A DNA stretch of 64,000 nucleotides from an uncultured delta proteobacterium (GCA_963704165.1 CAVPHD010000003.1:64001-128000), one strand, 5' to 3'; shown: positions 9,718 to 20,504, counted from the first letter of the stretch. The notes: generated by a model not told the origin, from the letters alone. Translations and numbers: made by a program.

Positions 9718-10633
9718 TCAGGTTCCGGACAGTCCCGCGCTCGAGCTCTCGCCGGCGAGGTGCCAAGCGAGGATCTTGCGGTACTCGCCGCCACGCCGCC
9801 CGCCGAAGACGACGCCGAGCAGGATCTTCAGCATCACGATCCCGCGAAGCCGGAGGTACGCGGAGCGCGAGCGGTTCTTGCGGAAGAACAGGTATCGGCT
9901 GCGGTAGTACTCGATCCGGGTCCGGAGCGGCGTCTTCTTCTTGGTCGATTCGCCGTAGAGATGGATGACGTGCGCATCGGGCAGATGCACGATCCCGTAA
10001 CCCGCGGCGCGGATGCGGTGGCACCAGTCGGTTTCCTCGAGGAAGAAGAAGTAGCCCTCGTCGATCATGCCGACCTTCTCGATCACCTCGCGCCGCACGA
10101 ACAGGCAGGCGCCGAGGACGGCCTCGACCTCGTACCGGCTCCTCGTAGTGGACGAGCTTGCTCGGATAGCGGCGCGGGAGGAGCCGGCGGAGCAGCGACT
10201 GGCCGAGGAGCTCCGAGACCAGATTCGGCGAGTTGTGGATGCAGTTCTGCTTGGTGCGATCCGGGTTCAAGAGCTGCGGACCCACGACACCGACTTCGGG
10301 ATTCTCGTCGAGGTAGCGAACACAGGCCTCGAGTCCGCCGGGCAGGACGATCGTATCGCTGTTGAGCAGGACGGCGTGCCGCCCGCGCATGACTTCGAGC
10401 CCGCGGTTGTTGCCGGCGCCGAATCCGATGTTCTTCGGCAGCGCGAGGATTCGCGTCTCGGGAAACTGGCGCGCGGCCGCTTCGACGGTGAAATCGCTCG
10501 ATCCGTTGTCGACCAGGATGACCTCGTACGAGATTCCGAGCTTCGAAGCGGCAATCGAAGCCAGGCAATCGAGCACGAGATCGCGCACGTTCCAGGCGAC
10601 GATCACGATCGACAGGTCGACGTTCACGTTCAT
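9718..10633 (-). CDS. Glycosyltransferase family 2 (WbbL-like), frameshift near 10130
   Basis: LSIVIVAWN, VDNGSSD, GFGAGNN, LLNSD, then DEGYFFFLEETDWC. Confidence 0.88.
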
Positions 10634-11712
10634 GATCCCAACTCCAGATCGACGCTGCCGCGCCAGTCGCTCTGCGTCAGTGCCGCACGCGCCTCCGCGA
10701 GCACGCGCCCGGGCAGGAGCCGCGTCATGCAGCGGTGATCGATCGGACAGACCTTCAGCTGACACGGTGAGCACTCGACCGGCTCGCGAAGCAGCTTCGT
10801 GCGTTTCAGGTTCAGGTTGGTGTAGCCGATCGCCGTCGGGCCCATCAGGACGAGCGTGGGAACCTCGAAGGCGGCGGCGACGTGGCGGGCGCCGGCGTCG
10901 TTGCAAATCAGAAGCTGCGCACGAGAGAGCACGGACTTGAGCAACGACAGCGTCATGCGCTCGCCGCCGAGCGAGACGATTCCGGTTCCCGCACTCGCGA
11001 CGATCGACTCGGCGAGCGCCTCCTCACCCGGTCCGTGCACGAGCGCGACCTGCGCACCGTCCGCGCGAAGCTCGCGCGCCACCTCCGCCACGTATTCGAG
11101 CGGCCAGAGCTTCGACGGACCGAAGCCAGCGCCCGGCGCGAGACATACGAGCGGCGCGCCTTTCGAGATGCCCGCGGCGAGGAACCGCGACTCGCATTCC
11201 GCTTCGGCCTCCGGCTCGACGAAGAGTTCGACATGGGTGCCGGTGTCCGGGCAGCCGATCCATCGCACCAGGTCCAGGTAGTACCGCTCCATCGCGGTCG
11301 GCACGAAGCGCCCGGCCTCGCGTGGAGCGGCGACGGCATCGGTCAGAAGCAGGCCGCGGCCGCCGCGCGCGTAGCCGAGCCTTCGCTTTGCGCGCGAAGC
11401 GAACGCCAGGAGCGCGCTCGCGAAGGAGTTCGGCAGGACGACCACCAGATCACTGCCGCGAAGCCTGCGAGCGAGCGCGAGGCGTGCGCGCAGCTTTCCG
11501 AGCACGCCGCGTGAAGCGTGGATGTCGTGCGGGACGAACTCGTCGATCCAGGTCGAGCCGCGCAGCACCGGGGCGAGCGAATGCCGTACGACCGCGCAGA
11601 TTCGCGCCTCGGGGCGGCCTCGGCGAAGCGCCCGGAGTGCCGGGGTCGCCATCACGACGTCGCCCAGATGGTTAGGCAGGACGACCGATATTTTCTCTTT
11701 TTCTCCGGCCAC
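10630..11712 (-). CDS. waaF: LPS heptosyltransferase II (GT9)
   Basis: LPNHLGDVVMATP, LPNSF, APGAGFGPSKLWP, NDAGARHVAAA, CSPCQ..CPIDH.CM. Confidence 0.9.
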   Translation of the reverse strand: MAGEKEKISVVLPNHLGDVVMATPALRALRRGRPEARICAVVRHSLAPVLRGSTWIDEFVPHDIHASRGVLGKLRARLALARRLRGSDLVVVLPNSFASALLAFASRAKRRLGYARGGRGLLLTDAVAAPREAGRFVPTAMERYYLDLVRWIGCPDTGTHVELFVEPEAEAECESRFLAAGISKGAPLVCLAPGAGFGPSKLWPLEYVAEVARELRADGAQVALVHGPGEEALAESIVASAGTGIVSLGGERMTLSLLKSVLSRAQLLICNDAGARHVAAAFEVPTLVLMGPTAIGYTNLNLKRTKLLREPVECSPCQLKVCPIDHRCMTRLLPGRVLAEARAALTQSDWRGSVDLELGS

Positions 11713-11752
11713 TTAGTCCGACTCGGAGGCTCCCGGGAGGTGCGCGTTCCTC

Positions 11753-12865
11753 CTAGATACCCCGAGGCGGGTCCGCGGGCAACGCAGCCAGCAGGGAGAG
11801 CGCCGCGGCGGCCACCTCCTCGGGCTCGACGGCCCGCATGCAGGCGCGCACCGGGCAGCCCTCGCGGCACGGATTGCAGCCGACGTCGCGCCGCACGACC
11901 CGGCTCGGCACCCCCGGATAGGGCCCGTTCTCGATCGGGTCGGTCGGCCCGAAGATCGCGACGACCGGAGTCCTCGCGAGCGAGGCGAGGTGCATCGGAC
12001 CCGAGTCGCAGCCCACGAACACGCAGGCGCGGGCGAGCAGGCAGAGGAACTCGGCGAGCGACTCGGTCGCCGGCGCGAGACGTGCCGCGCCCCCCGCCGC
12101 CGCGACGACCGCGTGCGCGGCCGCCTGCTCGCCGGGCACCGGTCCGAAGGCCACCAGACTCGGGATCCCCGCGCTCGCGTACAGCGTGTGCGCCACCTCC
12201 GCGAAGTGCGCGGTCTCCCAGCGCTTGTAGCTCGTCTTCGGACTCGTGCCGGGATGGATCAGCGCGAACCGCTCGGGAAGCGCTGGAAGCCCCTGGGGCG
12301 CGTCGCCCAGAGCCAGAACGCCCGGTTCATCGGGTACCTCGCCACCGAGAAATCGCACGAGCGCGGCGTTCCGCTCGAAGCGCGAGATGTGCGAGCCGTC
12401 GATGCGCAGCCGGTGGGTGAGCAGCCGTGCGCTGCCCTCCTTCGCGAACGGTCGGCCGTAGCCGACACGGGCCGGAATCCCCGCGGACCAAGTCAGGAAG
12501 GCCCCGCGGAAGACACCGTGAAAATCGATCGACAGATCGTAGGACCGCTCGCGCAGCTCACGAACGAAGGAGCGCAGGGTGCGCAACGCGACGCGCGGAT
12601 GTCGAACTCGGAGGCGCCTTCGCGGCACGATCACGGTCTCGTCGAGTCCCTCGAGCCCGACCAGACCCGCGGCGGCGCGATCCTCGATCAACCAATCGAT
12701 CTTCGCGTTCGGGTAGAGGCGCCGGACGCCCGCGAACGCGAAGCGAGTCCGCACCACATCGCCGAGCGCACCGAGTCGGACGACGAGCACGCGCTCGGCA
12801 CGCAAAGGCGCTGGCAGGCGCTCCACTCGCACCGCGTTTGCGGCCCCCTCGATTCCCCCTAGCAT
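11753..12865 (-). CDS. Glycosyltransferase family 9 (heptosyltransferase, WaaC-like)
   Basis: VVRLGALGDVV, HPGTS...KRW, GCDSGPMHLA, FGPTDP; true start may be the GTG at 12832. Confidence 0.88.
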   Translation of the reverse strand: MLGGIEGAANAVRVERLPAPLRAERVLVVRLGALGDVVRTRFAFAGVRRLYPNAKIDWLIEDRAAAGLVGLEGLDETVIVPRRRLRVRHPRVALRTLRSFVRELRERSYDLSIDFHGVFRGAFLTWSAGIPARVGYGRPFAKEGSARLLTHRLRIDGSHISRFERNAALVRFLGGEVPDEPGVLALGDAPQGLPALPERFALIHPGTSPKTSYKRWETAHFAEVAHTLYASAGIPSLVAFGPVPGEQAAAHAVVAAAGGAARLAPATESLAEFLCLLARACVFVGCDSGPMHLASLARTPVVAIFGPTDPIENGPYPGVPSRVVRRDVGCNPCREGCPVRACMRAVEPEEVAAAALSLLAALPADPPRGI

Positions 12866-12873
12866 CAGGCTCG

Positions 12874-13989
12874 ATGGTCGCCCCTCGCCTGCTCTGGCGC
12901 TACATCCTGGTCGACGTCCTGCTGCACACCTTGCTGGGATTGTTCGCGATCACGCTTTTGCTCGTCGTGCAGAACATGCTGCGCTTTCTCGAGGACCTGA
13001 TCGCCGCGGGCGTGGGCGTCGGTGCGCTCGGGCAGCTGATCGCACTGGTTCTGCCCGCCTACGTCGCCTATGCGATCCCGACCGCGCTGCTCTTCGGAAT
13101 CCTGATCTCGTTCGGCCGCATGTCCGCCGACGGCGAGGTCATTGCGATGCGGGCCTGCGGCGTGAGCGTGCCGCGGCTGCTTCCCCCGGCGATCGCGCTC
13201 GGCGCGCTGGCGGCGCTGATCTCCGGCTTCATCCTATTCGACGTGCAACCGCGCGCCCGTCACTCGATGCGCGCGATGGTGCGCCAGCTCGCCGGCTCCC
13301 TGGACGTCGTCGAGGCGGGTCGCTTCGTCGTCTTCGGCGACCGCCTGCTCTACGTGCACGCGCTCGGCGACTCGAGCTGTCCGTACCAAGGCATCCTGAT
13401 CGGCGACTCCGGCACCGACGAACGCAGCTTCTACACCGTCGCACGCTGCGGCTCGCTCACGGGCGACGCGAACGGTCGAGAGCTCGCGCTCCAGCTCCGC
13501 AACGGTTCGATCCACATGCGCGATCCCGATCCGACGCGCTACCGGCGGATCCAGTTCGAGACCATGCGCCTGTCGATCGACATCTCGCGGTACAGCGATC
13601 CGCCCGCGGGTGCGCGCGACCTCCGCTTCGACGAGCTTCTCGCTGCGAAGAAGCTTCCACCGGGCGACCCCGAGCGCGCGCGCCTGGAGGGCCGCCACGG
13701 GACGTGGGTCGACGTGCAGATCCACCGCCGCCTGGCGTTTCCACTCGCGTCGCTGGTGCTCGCGGTGATCGCCGTTCCGCTGGGAATCCGCCCGGTACGC
13801 GCGGGACGCTCGATGGGTGCGCTCACCGCGATCGCCGTGATGGCGCTGTACTGGGTGTTGTTCTCGCTCGGCGAGATGGCGGCCGAGCGCGGCGTTGGCC
13901 CCGCGTGGCTCGGGATCTGGACGCCCAACGTCGTCGTGCTCGCGCTCGGCATCTGGCTGGTGCGGCGCGTCTCGCGGAGCGACGGGTGA
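12874..13989 (+). CDS. LptF/LptG family LPS export permease
   Basis: LLWRYI, FGRMSADGEVIAMRACGVS, 3+3 TM helices around a periplasmic domain, W.PN near the C-terminus. Confidence 0.9.
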   Translation: MVAPRLLWRYILVDVLLHTLLGLFAITLLLVVQNMLRFLEDLIAAGVGVGALGQLIALVLPAYVAYAIPTALLFGILISFGRMSADGEVIAMRACGVSVPRLLPPAIALGALAALISGFILFDVQPRARHSMRAMVRQLAGSLDVVEAGRFVVFGDRLLYVHALGDSSCPYQGILIGDSGTDERSFYTVARCGSLTGDANGRELALQLRNGSIHMRDPDPTRYRRIQFETMRLSIDISRYSDPPAGARDLRFDELLAAKKLPPGDPERARLEGRHGTWVDVQIHRRLAFPLASLVLAVIAVPLGIRPVRAGRSMGALTAIAVMALYWVLFSLGEMAAERGVGPAWLGIWTPNVVVLALGIWLVRRVSRSDG

Positions 13990-14879
13990 CGCCTCGCGCC
14001 GTCCGGGACGTGCCTCCGGGCTACGTCGTGCACCGCGTGGCGGACGCGACGCTGGTCTTCGACGGAGCACTCTCGAGCGAACTCGTCGGACTCCGACTCG
14101 CCGATCCGCGCGCGCGCAAGCGTCTGTTCTCTCGCGCGCCACGCCGCGGCCGGGGGGCCGCACCGAGCATCGAGCTGCGGCGGGACGTCAGCGTGATCCT
14201 GCGACGTTACCAGCACGGCGGATTGCTCGGCGGTCTCACCGGCATGCTGCACCTCGGCCCCTCGCGTGCGCTGAAGGAGCTGCACGTCACTGCGCGCGCG
14301 GAGGCTTCGGGTGCGCCGGTCCCGCACGTGGTCTGTCTCGCGTTGTGGCCCGCGGCCGGACCGCTCTGGTCCGCGCTGATCGGCACGCGCGAGGAACGCG
14401 GTGCCCGAGACCTGCTCGACATGCTGCTCGCGAGCGAGAACCCGCGCGAGCGTCGCCAGCTGATTCGCGACGTCGGTTCGGCGGTGCGGAAGCTGCACGA
14501 CGCAGGCGTCGATCACCGCGATCTTCAGCTCCGGAACATCCTGGTCGTCGAGGAGAACGGGCGCCGGCGAATCGTGGTGATCGACCTCGATCGCGCGATC
14601 TACCACCCCGAAGGGCGGCTCCCGAGCCGCATTCGCGCGCGCGGCCTCGGCAGGCTCGCCCGTTCGGTGGTCAAGAACGGCTTGTGGCTCGAGCGCGTCG
14701 GACGGCGCGAACTCGCCGCCTTCGCGCACGCCTACACCAACGGGGATCGCGCGCTGCGCGTCGACCTGTACCGATGGATTCGCGGAGAGCGGTGGAAGCT
14801 CGCGCTTCACCGCTTCCGCTACCGATTCATCCGCCCCGCCCCACCGATGTCAGCGGCCGCGCCTCCTCGACGAGCATGA
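13986..14879 (+). CDS. kdkA: Kdo kinase / LPS kinase (KdkA/InaA family)
   Basis: GRG, LRRYQHGGLL, HDAGVDHRDLQLRNIL, IDLDRA. Confidence 0.8.
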   Translation: MTPRAVRDVPPGYVVHRVADATLVFDGALSSELVGLRLADPRARKRLFSRAPRRGRGAAPSIELRRDVSVILRRYQHGGLLGGLTGMLHLGPSRALKELHVTARAEASGAPVPHVVCLALWPAAGPLWSALIGTREERGARDLLDMLLASENPRERRQLIRDVGSAVRKLHDAGVDHRDLQLRNILVVEENGRRRIVVIDLDRAIYHPEGRLPSRIRARGLGRLARSVVKNGLWLERVGRRELAAFAHAYTNGDRALRVDLYRWIRGERWKLALHRFRYRFIRPAPPMSAAAPPRRA

Positions 14880-15033
14880 CGGGAATTCCGTCCTCGACGG
14901 GATAGGAGAGGCGGCAGGATTCACAGTCGAGCGACTGCTCCTCGCCGTCTTGCGCGCGCTGCACGGCGAGCTCGGACTCGCACTTCGGGCAGACGAGGAT
15001 CCCGAGCAGCTCCGGATCGATCCGGCCGCTCAA
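14827..15033 (-). CDS. Trm112 family (UPF0434) protein
   Basis: IDPELLGILVCPKC...L.C..C..SYPVEDGIPVMLVEEA; TTG start overlaps the kdsA stop. Confidence 0.88.
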   Translation of the reverse strand: MSGRIDPELLGILVCPKCESELAVQRAQDGEEQSLDCESCRLSYPVEDGIPVMLVEEARPLTSVGRGG

Positions 15034-15896
15034 GCGTGGCCCTGCCCGCGGATCAGCTCCGCAATTGCGCCCGCCTGCATCATCAGCTCTTCGAGCTGAT
15101 CGAGCGGGAACTGACTGGCTGCGTCGCACAGGGCCTCGGCCGGATTCGGATGTGTTTCCAGAAAGACTCCATTCGCGCCGGCCGCGACGGCGGAGCGCAG
15201 TAGCACGGGGATGAACTCGCGAGGTGCACCGCCCGCAGGATCGGTGCTGGGAATTCCGTAGCGGCGAACCTGATGACCGGCATCGAAGACGACCGGGTAA
15301 CCGATCTCCTTCATCACCGGGATCGCGGTCATGTCGGCGACGAGATTGTGATAACCGAACTGCGCTCCCCGCTCCGTGATCATGATGCGATGGCTGCCCG
15401 TTCGCTCGATCTTGCCGACCGGGTGCTTCATCGAGCCCGGCGCCATGAACTGACCCTTCTTGATGTTGACCGGTTTTCCGGTCTTCCCGGCGGCGACCAG
15501 GAGCGTCGTCTGCTGGCACAGAAACGCGGGGATCTGGATCACGTCGAGAACCTCACGGGCCGCCGCGAGCTCCTCGACGCTGTGCACGTCGGAGAGGACG
15601 GGGAGCTCGAACTCCTTCCGGATCCACGCCAGGGTTTCGAGCCCCTCCTCGAGCCCCGGGCCCTGATAGGAGAATTCGTCGCTGCGGTTGTCCTTGAGAT
15701 AGGACGACTTGAAGATCAACGGAACGCGGAGCTTCTCGGAGAGCTTCTTCAGCCGCTCGGCGGTCATCGCCATCAGCGACTGCTTCTCGATCACGCAGGG
15801 CCCGCAGATCCACGCGAGCGGCAAGCCGTCCCCGAGTCGAACCGTTCCGGAGACGGAGTCGCCGACCTCGACGATGTGCATGGGCTTCAAGGACAC
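15030..15896 (-). CDS. kdsA: KDO-8-phosphate synthase (metal-dependent type, divergent motif)
   Basis: GPCVIE, IQIPAFLCQQT, NIKKGQF, TERG, FLETHPNP...CD; start may be 15890 or 15881. Confidence 0.92.
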   Translation of the reverse strand: MSLKPMHIVEVGDSVSGTVRLGDGLPLAWICGPCVIEKQSLMAMTAERLKKLSEKLRVPLIFKSSYLKDNRSDEFSYQGPGLEEGLETLAWIRKEFELPVLSDVHSVEELAAAREVLDVIQIPAFLCQQTTLLVAAGKTGKPVNIKKGQFMAPGSMKHPVGKIERTGSHRIMITERGAQFGYHNLVADMTAIPVMKEIGYPVVFDAGHQVRRYGIPSTDPAGGAPREFIPVLLRSAVAAGANGVFLETHPNPAEALCDAASQFPLDQLEELMMQAGAIAELIRGQGHA

Positions 15897-15980
15897 TCCT
15901 CAGGGGGTCGGTTCGAGGATACGCCCGCCCCCGTGCGCACGCCAGACAGGCGTGCCGCAGGGCACGGCTCGGGTGCGGCT

Positions 15981-17043
15981 TCAGGAGATCTGCGCGAGGA
16001 CCGCGGGCTTCAGGATCTTTTCGCTGCCCTCGACGCGGAAGACCTCGTCCACGCCTAGCTCCGCCCATGGGATCGGCGAGCCGTCCGCCCGCTCCACGAC
16101 ACAGCCGGCGTCGCGGATCATGCGGTAGGTGTCGACGGCGGATTTGCCCGCGGGTCGTGAGATAGCCCTCGACGAAGAGGGAGTTCGCGGGCCAGAGCGC
16201 GAGCGCCTCGAGCGAGCGCAGGTGCCCCTCGCGGCCCGCGCCGACCCGGACCTCGGCGCTCGGATTGGCGAGCCGCATCATCGCGAGCACGCGCAACGCG
16301 CGCTCGGGCGTGAGCGAGCCGTCGGACTGGACGGGGTTGCCCTCGATCGGCAGCAGGAAGTTGACCGGGATCGAGGGAACTTCGAGCGCGCGCAGCTCGA
16401 GCGCGACCGCGATCACGTCCTCGTCCTGCTCACCCATGCCGACGATCAACCCGCTGCACGCCTCGAGTCCCGCCGCGCGCGCGGCGCGCAGCGTCTGCAG
16501 CCGGTCGGCGTAGGTGTGCGTCGTGCAGATCTCGGGGTAGTGGCTCTCGCTCGTGTTGAGGTTGTGGTTGAACCGATCGACGCCCGCCTGTTTCAGTCGC
16601 CGCGCCTTGGCTTCGTCGAGCAGCCCGACGGAGACGCAGATGTTCACCGGAACTTCGGACTTGATCGCCTCGACGACGTCGACGAGGAAATCGATCTGCC
16701 GATCGGCCGGTCCCCGGCCACTCGCGACCATGCAATACCGGTACGCGCCGCACGCGTACGCGCTCTTCGCTTCGTCGACGAGCTCCGTCTTCGACTTCCA
16801 CGGATACGGGCGCAGAGGCGCATCCGTGACCGCGGATTGCGAGCAGTAGCCGCAGTCCTCGGGACAGCGCGCGTTCTGCGCGTTGTTCAGGATGTGCACC
16901 TTGACGCGGTTTCCGAAGAACCGTTCGCGAACGATCCGCGCCTCGTGCAGGAGCGGAAGCAGCGGAAACTCCGGACCGAGGATGCGAAGCAGCTCGGATC
17001 TGGAGAGCGGGGGACCGTCGAGCGCGCGTCGGGCGAGTTCCAT
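15981..17043 (-). CDS. bioB: Biotin synthase (radical SAM), 1-nt insertion near 16148
   Basis: CPEDCGYCSQS, RYCMVASGR, FNHNLNT, ACSGLIVG, VPVNFL-like, GRE; corrected C-terminus YLTTRGKS...AQIS*. Confidence 0.92.
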
Positions 17044-17089
17044 CTCGGCGCGCAGGATACCGCAAGCGGATCGCTCTTTGTCGCCGGAG

Positions 17090-18142
17090 CTAGGCTCCGA
17101 CGCGTTCGAGCACGAACCGCGCGAGCGCTTCGGAGCTCGCCGGATCGACCTCTTCCTCGAGCACCCAGAGCTCACGCGCCTCGGGCCAGGCCGTGTCGAG
17201 CTTCACCGCGTCCTTCGACGTCGTGAGCCAGCGAAGGGCCGGGTCGAGAGCCGCGAGGTCGGAGCGGTCGTAGGCGTGGTGGTCCCGGAAGACGCGGCGA
17301 GCGGCGACCTCCGCGCCGAGATCGGCGAGCTCACGGGCGAGGCGATCGGGACGCGCGATCGCAGCCAAGATGCCGACGCGCGTGCCCCGCAGGCCTTCGA
17401 TCGGCTCGCGCGCGCCGCCCGCGAGTCGTCGGACCCCGAGCTTGCGAACTTCGACGCGGAACCGCGGCACGTTCGCTGGCAGTCGCGCGGTACCGGGCGG
17501 TGCGGGATCGCCGGGTGACGCACGCGTGAACAACAACGCGTGCGCGCGGGAGAGCGCCGAGACGGGTTCCCGCAGCGGTCCGCGCGGCAGGATGTGCCCG
17601 TTCCCGAGGCCGAGCCGCGCGTCGAGACAGACCAGATCCAGATCGCGCGCGAGTCGGTGATGCTGGAAACCGTCGTCGAGCACGAGCACCCGGGCGCCGA
17701 AGGCCGAAATCGCGTGACGGCCCAGCTCGGCCCGGTGCACGCCCGAAAGCACGGGAACGCCGGGAGCGCTCGAGGCCAGCAGGACCGGCTCGTCGCCCGC
17801 CTCGGCCGCACCGAGCAGGATGCGTTCCCCGTCGGAGACGACGTTCGTCTGCCCGGTGCGGCTCCCTCCGACACCGCGCGCGAGCAAGGCGACACGCACG
17901 CCGCGCGCGTGCAGCGTACGCGCCAGGAATGCGGCCACCGGCGTCTTCGCGGAGCCGCCAACCGCGAGATTTCCGACCGAGACCACGTGCGCGTCGAGCC
18001 GCACCCGCGCGCGAAAGCCCGCTTCGTACGCACGTCGGTGTAGCCATGCCCCGGCCGCGTAGGGGATTTCCGCGAGCCGAAGCGGTGCGAGCAGCAATCG
18101 GCGCCCGAGCGTCTCGTGACTCTGCCAGAGCAGCGCGGGCAC
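17090..18142 (-). CDS. lpxK: Tetraacyldisaccharide 4'-kinase
   Basis: VSVGNLAVGGSAKTP, GDEP, LDDGFQH, LPRGPLREP, FRDHH. Confidence 0.93.
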   Translation of the reverse strand: MPALLWQSHETLGRRLLLAPLRLAEIPYAAGAWLHRRAYEAGFRARVRLDAHVVSVGNLAVGGSAKTPVAAFLARTLHARGVRVALLARGVGGSRTGQTNVVSDGERILLGAAEAGDEPVLLASSAPGVPVLSGVHRAELGRHAISAFGARVLVLDDGFQHHRLARDLDLVCLDARLGLGNGHILPRGPLREPVSALSRAHALLFTRASPGDPAPPGTARLPANVPRFRVEVRKLGVRRLAGGAREPIEGLRGTRVGILAAIARPDRLARELADLGAEVAARRVFRDHHAYDRSDLAALDPALRWLTTSKDAVKLDTAWPEARELWVLEEEVDPASSEALARFVLERVGA

Positions 18143-18143
18143 G

Positions 18144-19377
18144 TCAGCCCCGCGCCGCGAGCACGAGCTCGAGCGTCTTCTCGGTCGCGCCCCGGTGAGC
18201 GTCGATTCGCTTCGCGGCCTCGCGCGCGGGCGCATTGCGGTCGGGATCGTCCCAGAGCTCCAGGAGCACACGCGTGAGTCCCGCCGCGTTCTCGATCCGG
18301 TGGAGCACACCGAGCGGAGCGAGCAGCCCCTCCTGCGTGCGCTGATTCTCGGTATGGGGTCCGTGCACGACGACCCGCCCCGCCTGCACAGGCTCTACCA
18401 AGTTGTGTCCGCCGACGTGCGCGAGCGTGCCGCCGACGAAGACGAGATCGGCGAGCCCGTACAGGTTCGCGAGCTCGCCGACGCTGTCCACGACGACGAC
18501 TTCGGCGTCGGACGCGCCCTGCGAGCGCAGCCCCGCATGCGCGCCGTTCCGGCGCGCCGACTTGGCGACATCGGAGGCGCGTTCGGGATGGCGCGGCGCG
18601 AGCACCAGCCGCAGCGTCGGCGCACGCGCGGCGCGAAGTTTTCGCCATGCTTCGAGCAGCGCCTCTTCCTCACCCGGATGCGTGCTCCCACCGACGAGAA
18701 ATGGCCCGGCGCCGAGCGCATCGACGAGATCTTGTGACGGCTCGGACGGAGCGCCCCGATCGAGCTTCAGGTCGCCGACCACCGAGCAGCCCGACGCGCT
18801 CGCCCCGAGTGCGACGAAGCGCTCGAGATCGAGCGGGCTCCGGGTGCCGATCCGGTGCACGCGCGCAAGCAGCGGCGAGAAGAAGCCGCGCAAGCAGCTG
18901 ATACCGCGGATAGCTGCGGTCCGAAATCCGCGCCCCCGCCATGATCACGCGCGTCCCGCGCTTCTCGGCCGCGTGGATCAGGATCGGCCAGATCTCGGTC
19001 TCGACGAGAACCACGACCGCGACGCGTGCGCGCGAGAGCGAGAGCTGGATCAGACCCGGCACATCGAGCGGCATCAGCCGCGTCCGGACGCGCGGCAGAC
19101 GCGCGCGCAGTCGTCCACGTCCGTTCAGCGTCAGCGCGGTGGCGATCACGGGCACGCCGCGCTCCGCGAGCGCGGCGACGAGCGGCGCCGCGGCCTCCGC
19201 CTCCCCCACGCTCGCCGCGTGCACCCAGACGGTGCCCTCGGGCATGCGCGAGAGCGGGCGCAGACGCTCGAGGACCGACGCGCGGGGACCGAACAGGCCG
19301 ATCGCCCAGGCGAGGAATAGCAGCGGCGATGCGATCCCGATCGCGAGCAGAAGCAGCACGTGGTAGGCGTAGATCAC
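18144..19377 (-). CDS. waaA: Kdo transferase, frameshift near 18890
   Basis: WVHAASVGE, ETEIWP, GDLKLD, GSTHPGEE, APRHPER, GGHNLVEP. Confidence 0.93.
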
Positions 19378-20504
19378 GCGCGCCCCGCTACCTCGAGCGC
19401 GAGATCCGCGACGCGGTCCGCCGCTCCCGGCGTCCCGAGCGTCGCGATCGCGGCCGCGAGATCGGCACGCATCTCGGCGCGCGCGGCCGGATCTCGGATC
19501 AACCGCGCGACCAGTGCCGCGAGCGCCGCCGGGCGCGCGTTCATCTGGATCCGCTCCGGCACGATGCCCGCGCCGGCGATCAGGTTCACCATGCAGCTCG
19601 AAGGCACGCGCGCGATCCGGCGCGCGAGCTCGAAGGTCAGCGGGCTCGTCACGTGCGCGACCACCAGCGGAATGCCGAGAATCGCCGCCTCGACGGTGGC
19701 CGTTCCGGCCGCGCTGATCAGACAGGTCGAGACGGCCATCGCGTCGTGCGAGCGGCCACTGACGACGCGCACCCAGTCGGGCACTTCGAAGTCCGCCGCG
19801 TCGAGCGTCGAGGCGACGATCAGCTGGATCTGCAGCTCCGGAAGCGAGGCGTGAAGCAGCTTCGCGGCCTCGCGCAGAACCGGCCAGTTCCGTTCCACTT
19901 CGTTGTGTCGGCTGCCGGGCAGGAGTCCGAGGACCGGCTTCGAAGGATCGAGTCCGAGCTCACGCGCGAGCTCTTCGCGGCCCAGGCCGCCTGCGAGATC
20001 CGCGAGCCGGTCGATCAGGGGATGCCCGACGAAGCGCGCGTTCACGCCCGCCGCGCGCAGGATCGCCTCCTCGAACGGGAAGATCACCGCGACCGCGTCG
20101 GTGCGGCGGGCGAGCTTGCGCACGCGCCCGGGACGCCAGGCCCAGACCTGCGGCGCGACGTAGTAGAGCACCGGAACGCCGCTTCGCTTCGCGACCGAAG
20201 CGAGCGGGAGGTTCAAGTCCGGCGAGTCGACGAAGATCGCGAGATCCGGTCGCGGATCCTCCGTGAGCGATCGACGCAGACGCGTGTAGGCCCCGAGCAG
20301 ACGTGGCACGCTGCCGAGAACCTCGACGAGCCCCGCGATCGCAAGCTCCGATTGGGGCACGATCGGCGTGAACCCGACGGCCGCGAGCGCCTTGCCGCCG
20401 AGGCCGAAGATCTCGAGATCGAGCGCGCGCTTGCGCAGCGCCTCGACGAGCGCCGCCGCGTGCATGTCGCCGGATGCATCGGCGGTCGACAGGAAGATCC
20501 TCAA
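19374..20504 (-). CDS. lpxB: Lipid-A-disaccharide synthase
   Basis: DASGDMH, DSPDLN, YVAPQVWAWR, FVGHPL, LLPGSR, GTATVE. Confidence 0.95.
   Translation of the reverse strand: MRIFLSTADASGDMHAAALVEALRKRALDLEIFGLGGKALAAVGFTPIVPQSELAIAGLVEVLGSVPRLLGAYTRLRRSLTEDPRPDLAIFVDSPDLNLPLASVAKRSGVPVLYYVAPQVWAWRPGRVRKLARRTDAVAVIFPFEEAILRAAGVNARFVGHPLIDRLADLAGGLGREELARELGLDPSKPVLGLLPGSRHNEVERNWPVLREAAKLLHASLPELQIQLIVASTLDAADFEVPDWVRVVSGRSHDAMAVSTCLISAAGTATVEAAILGIPLVVAHVTSPLTFELARRIARVPSSCMVNLIAGAGIVPERIQMNARPAALAALVARLIRDPAARAEMRADLAAAIATLGTPGAADRVADLALEVAGRA

Noticed and set aside
8747..10906. 719-aa ORF joining a GT2 domain to an epimerase N-terminus
   Set aside because: Chimera produced by insertions near 10130 and 9535.
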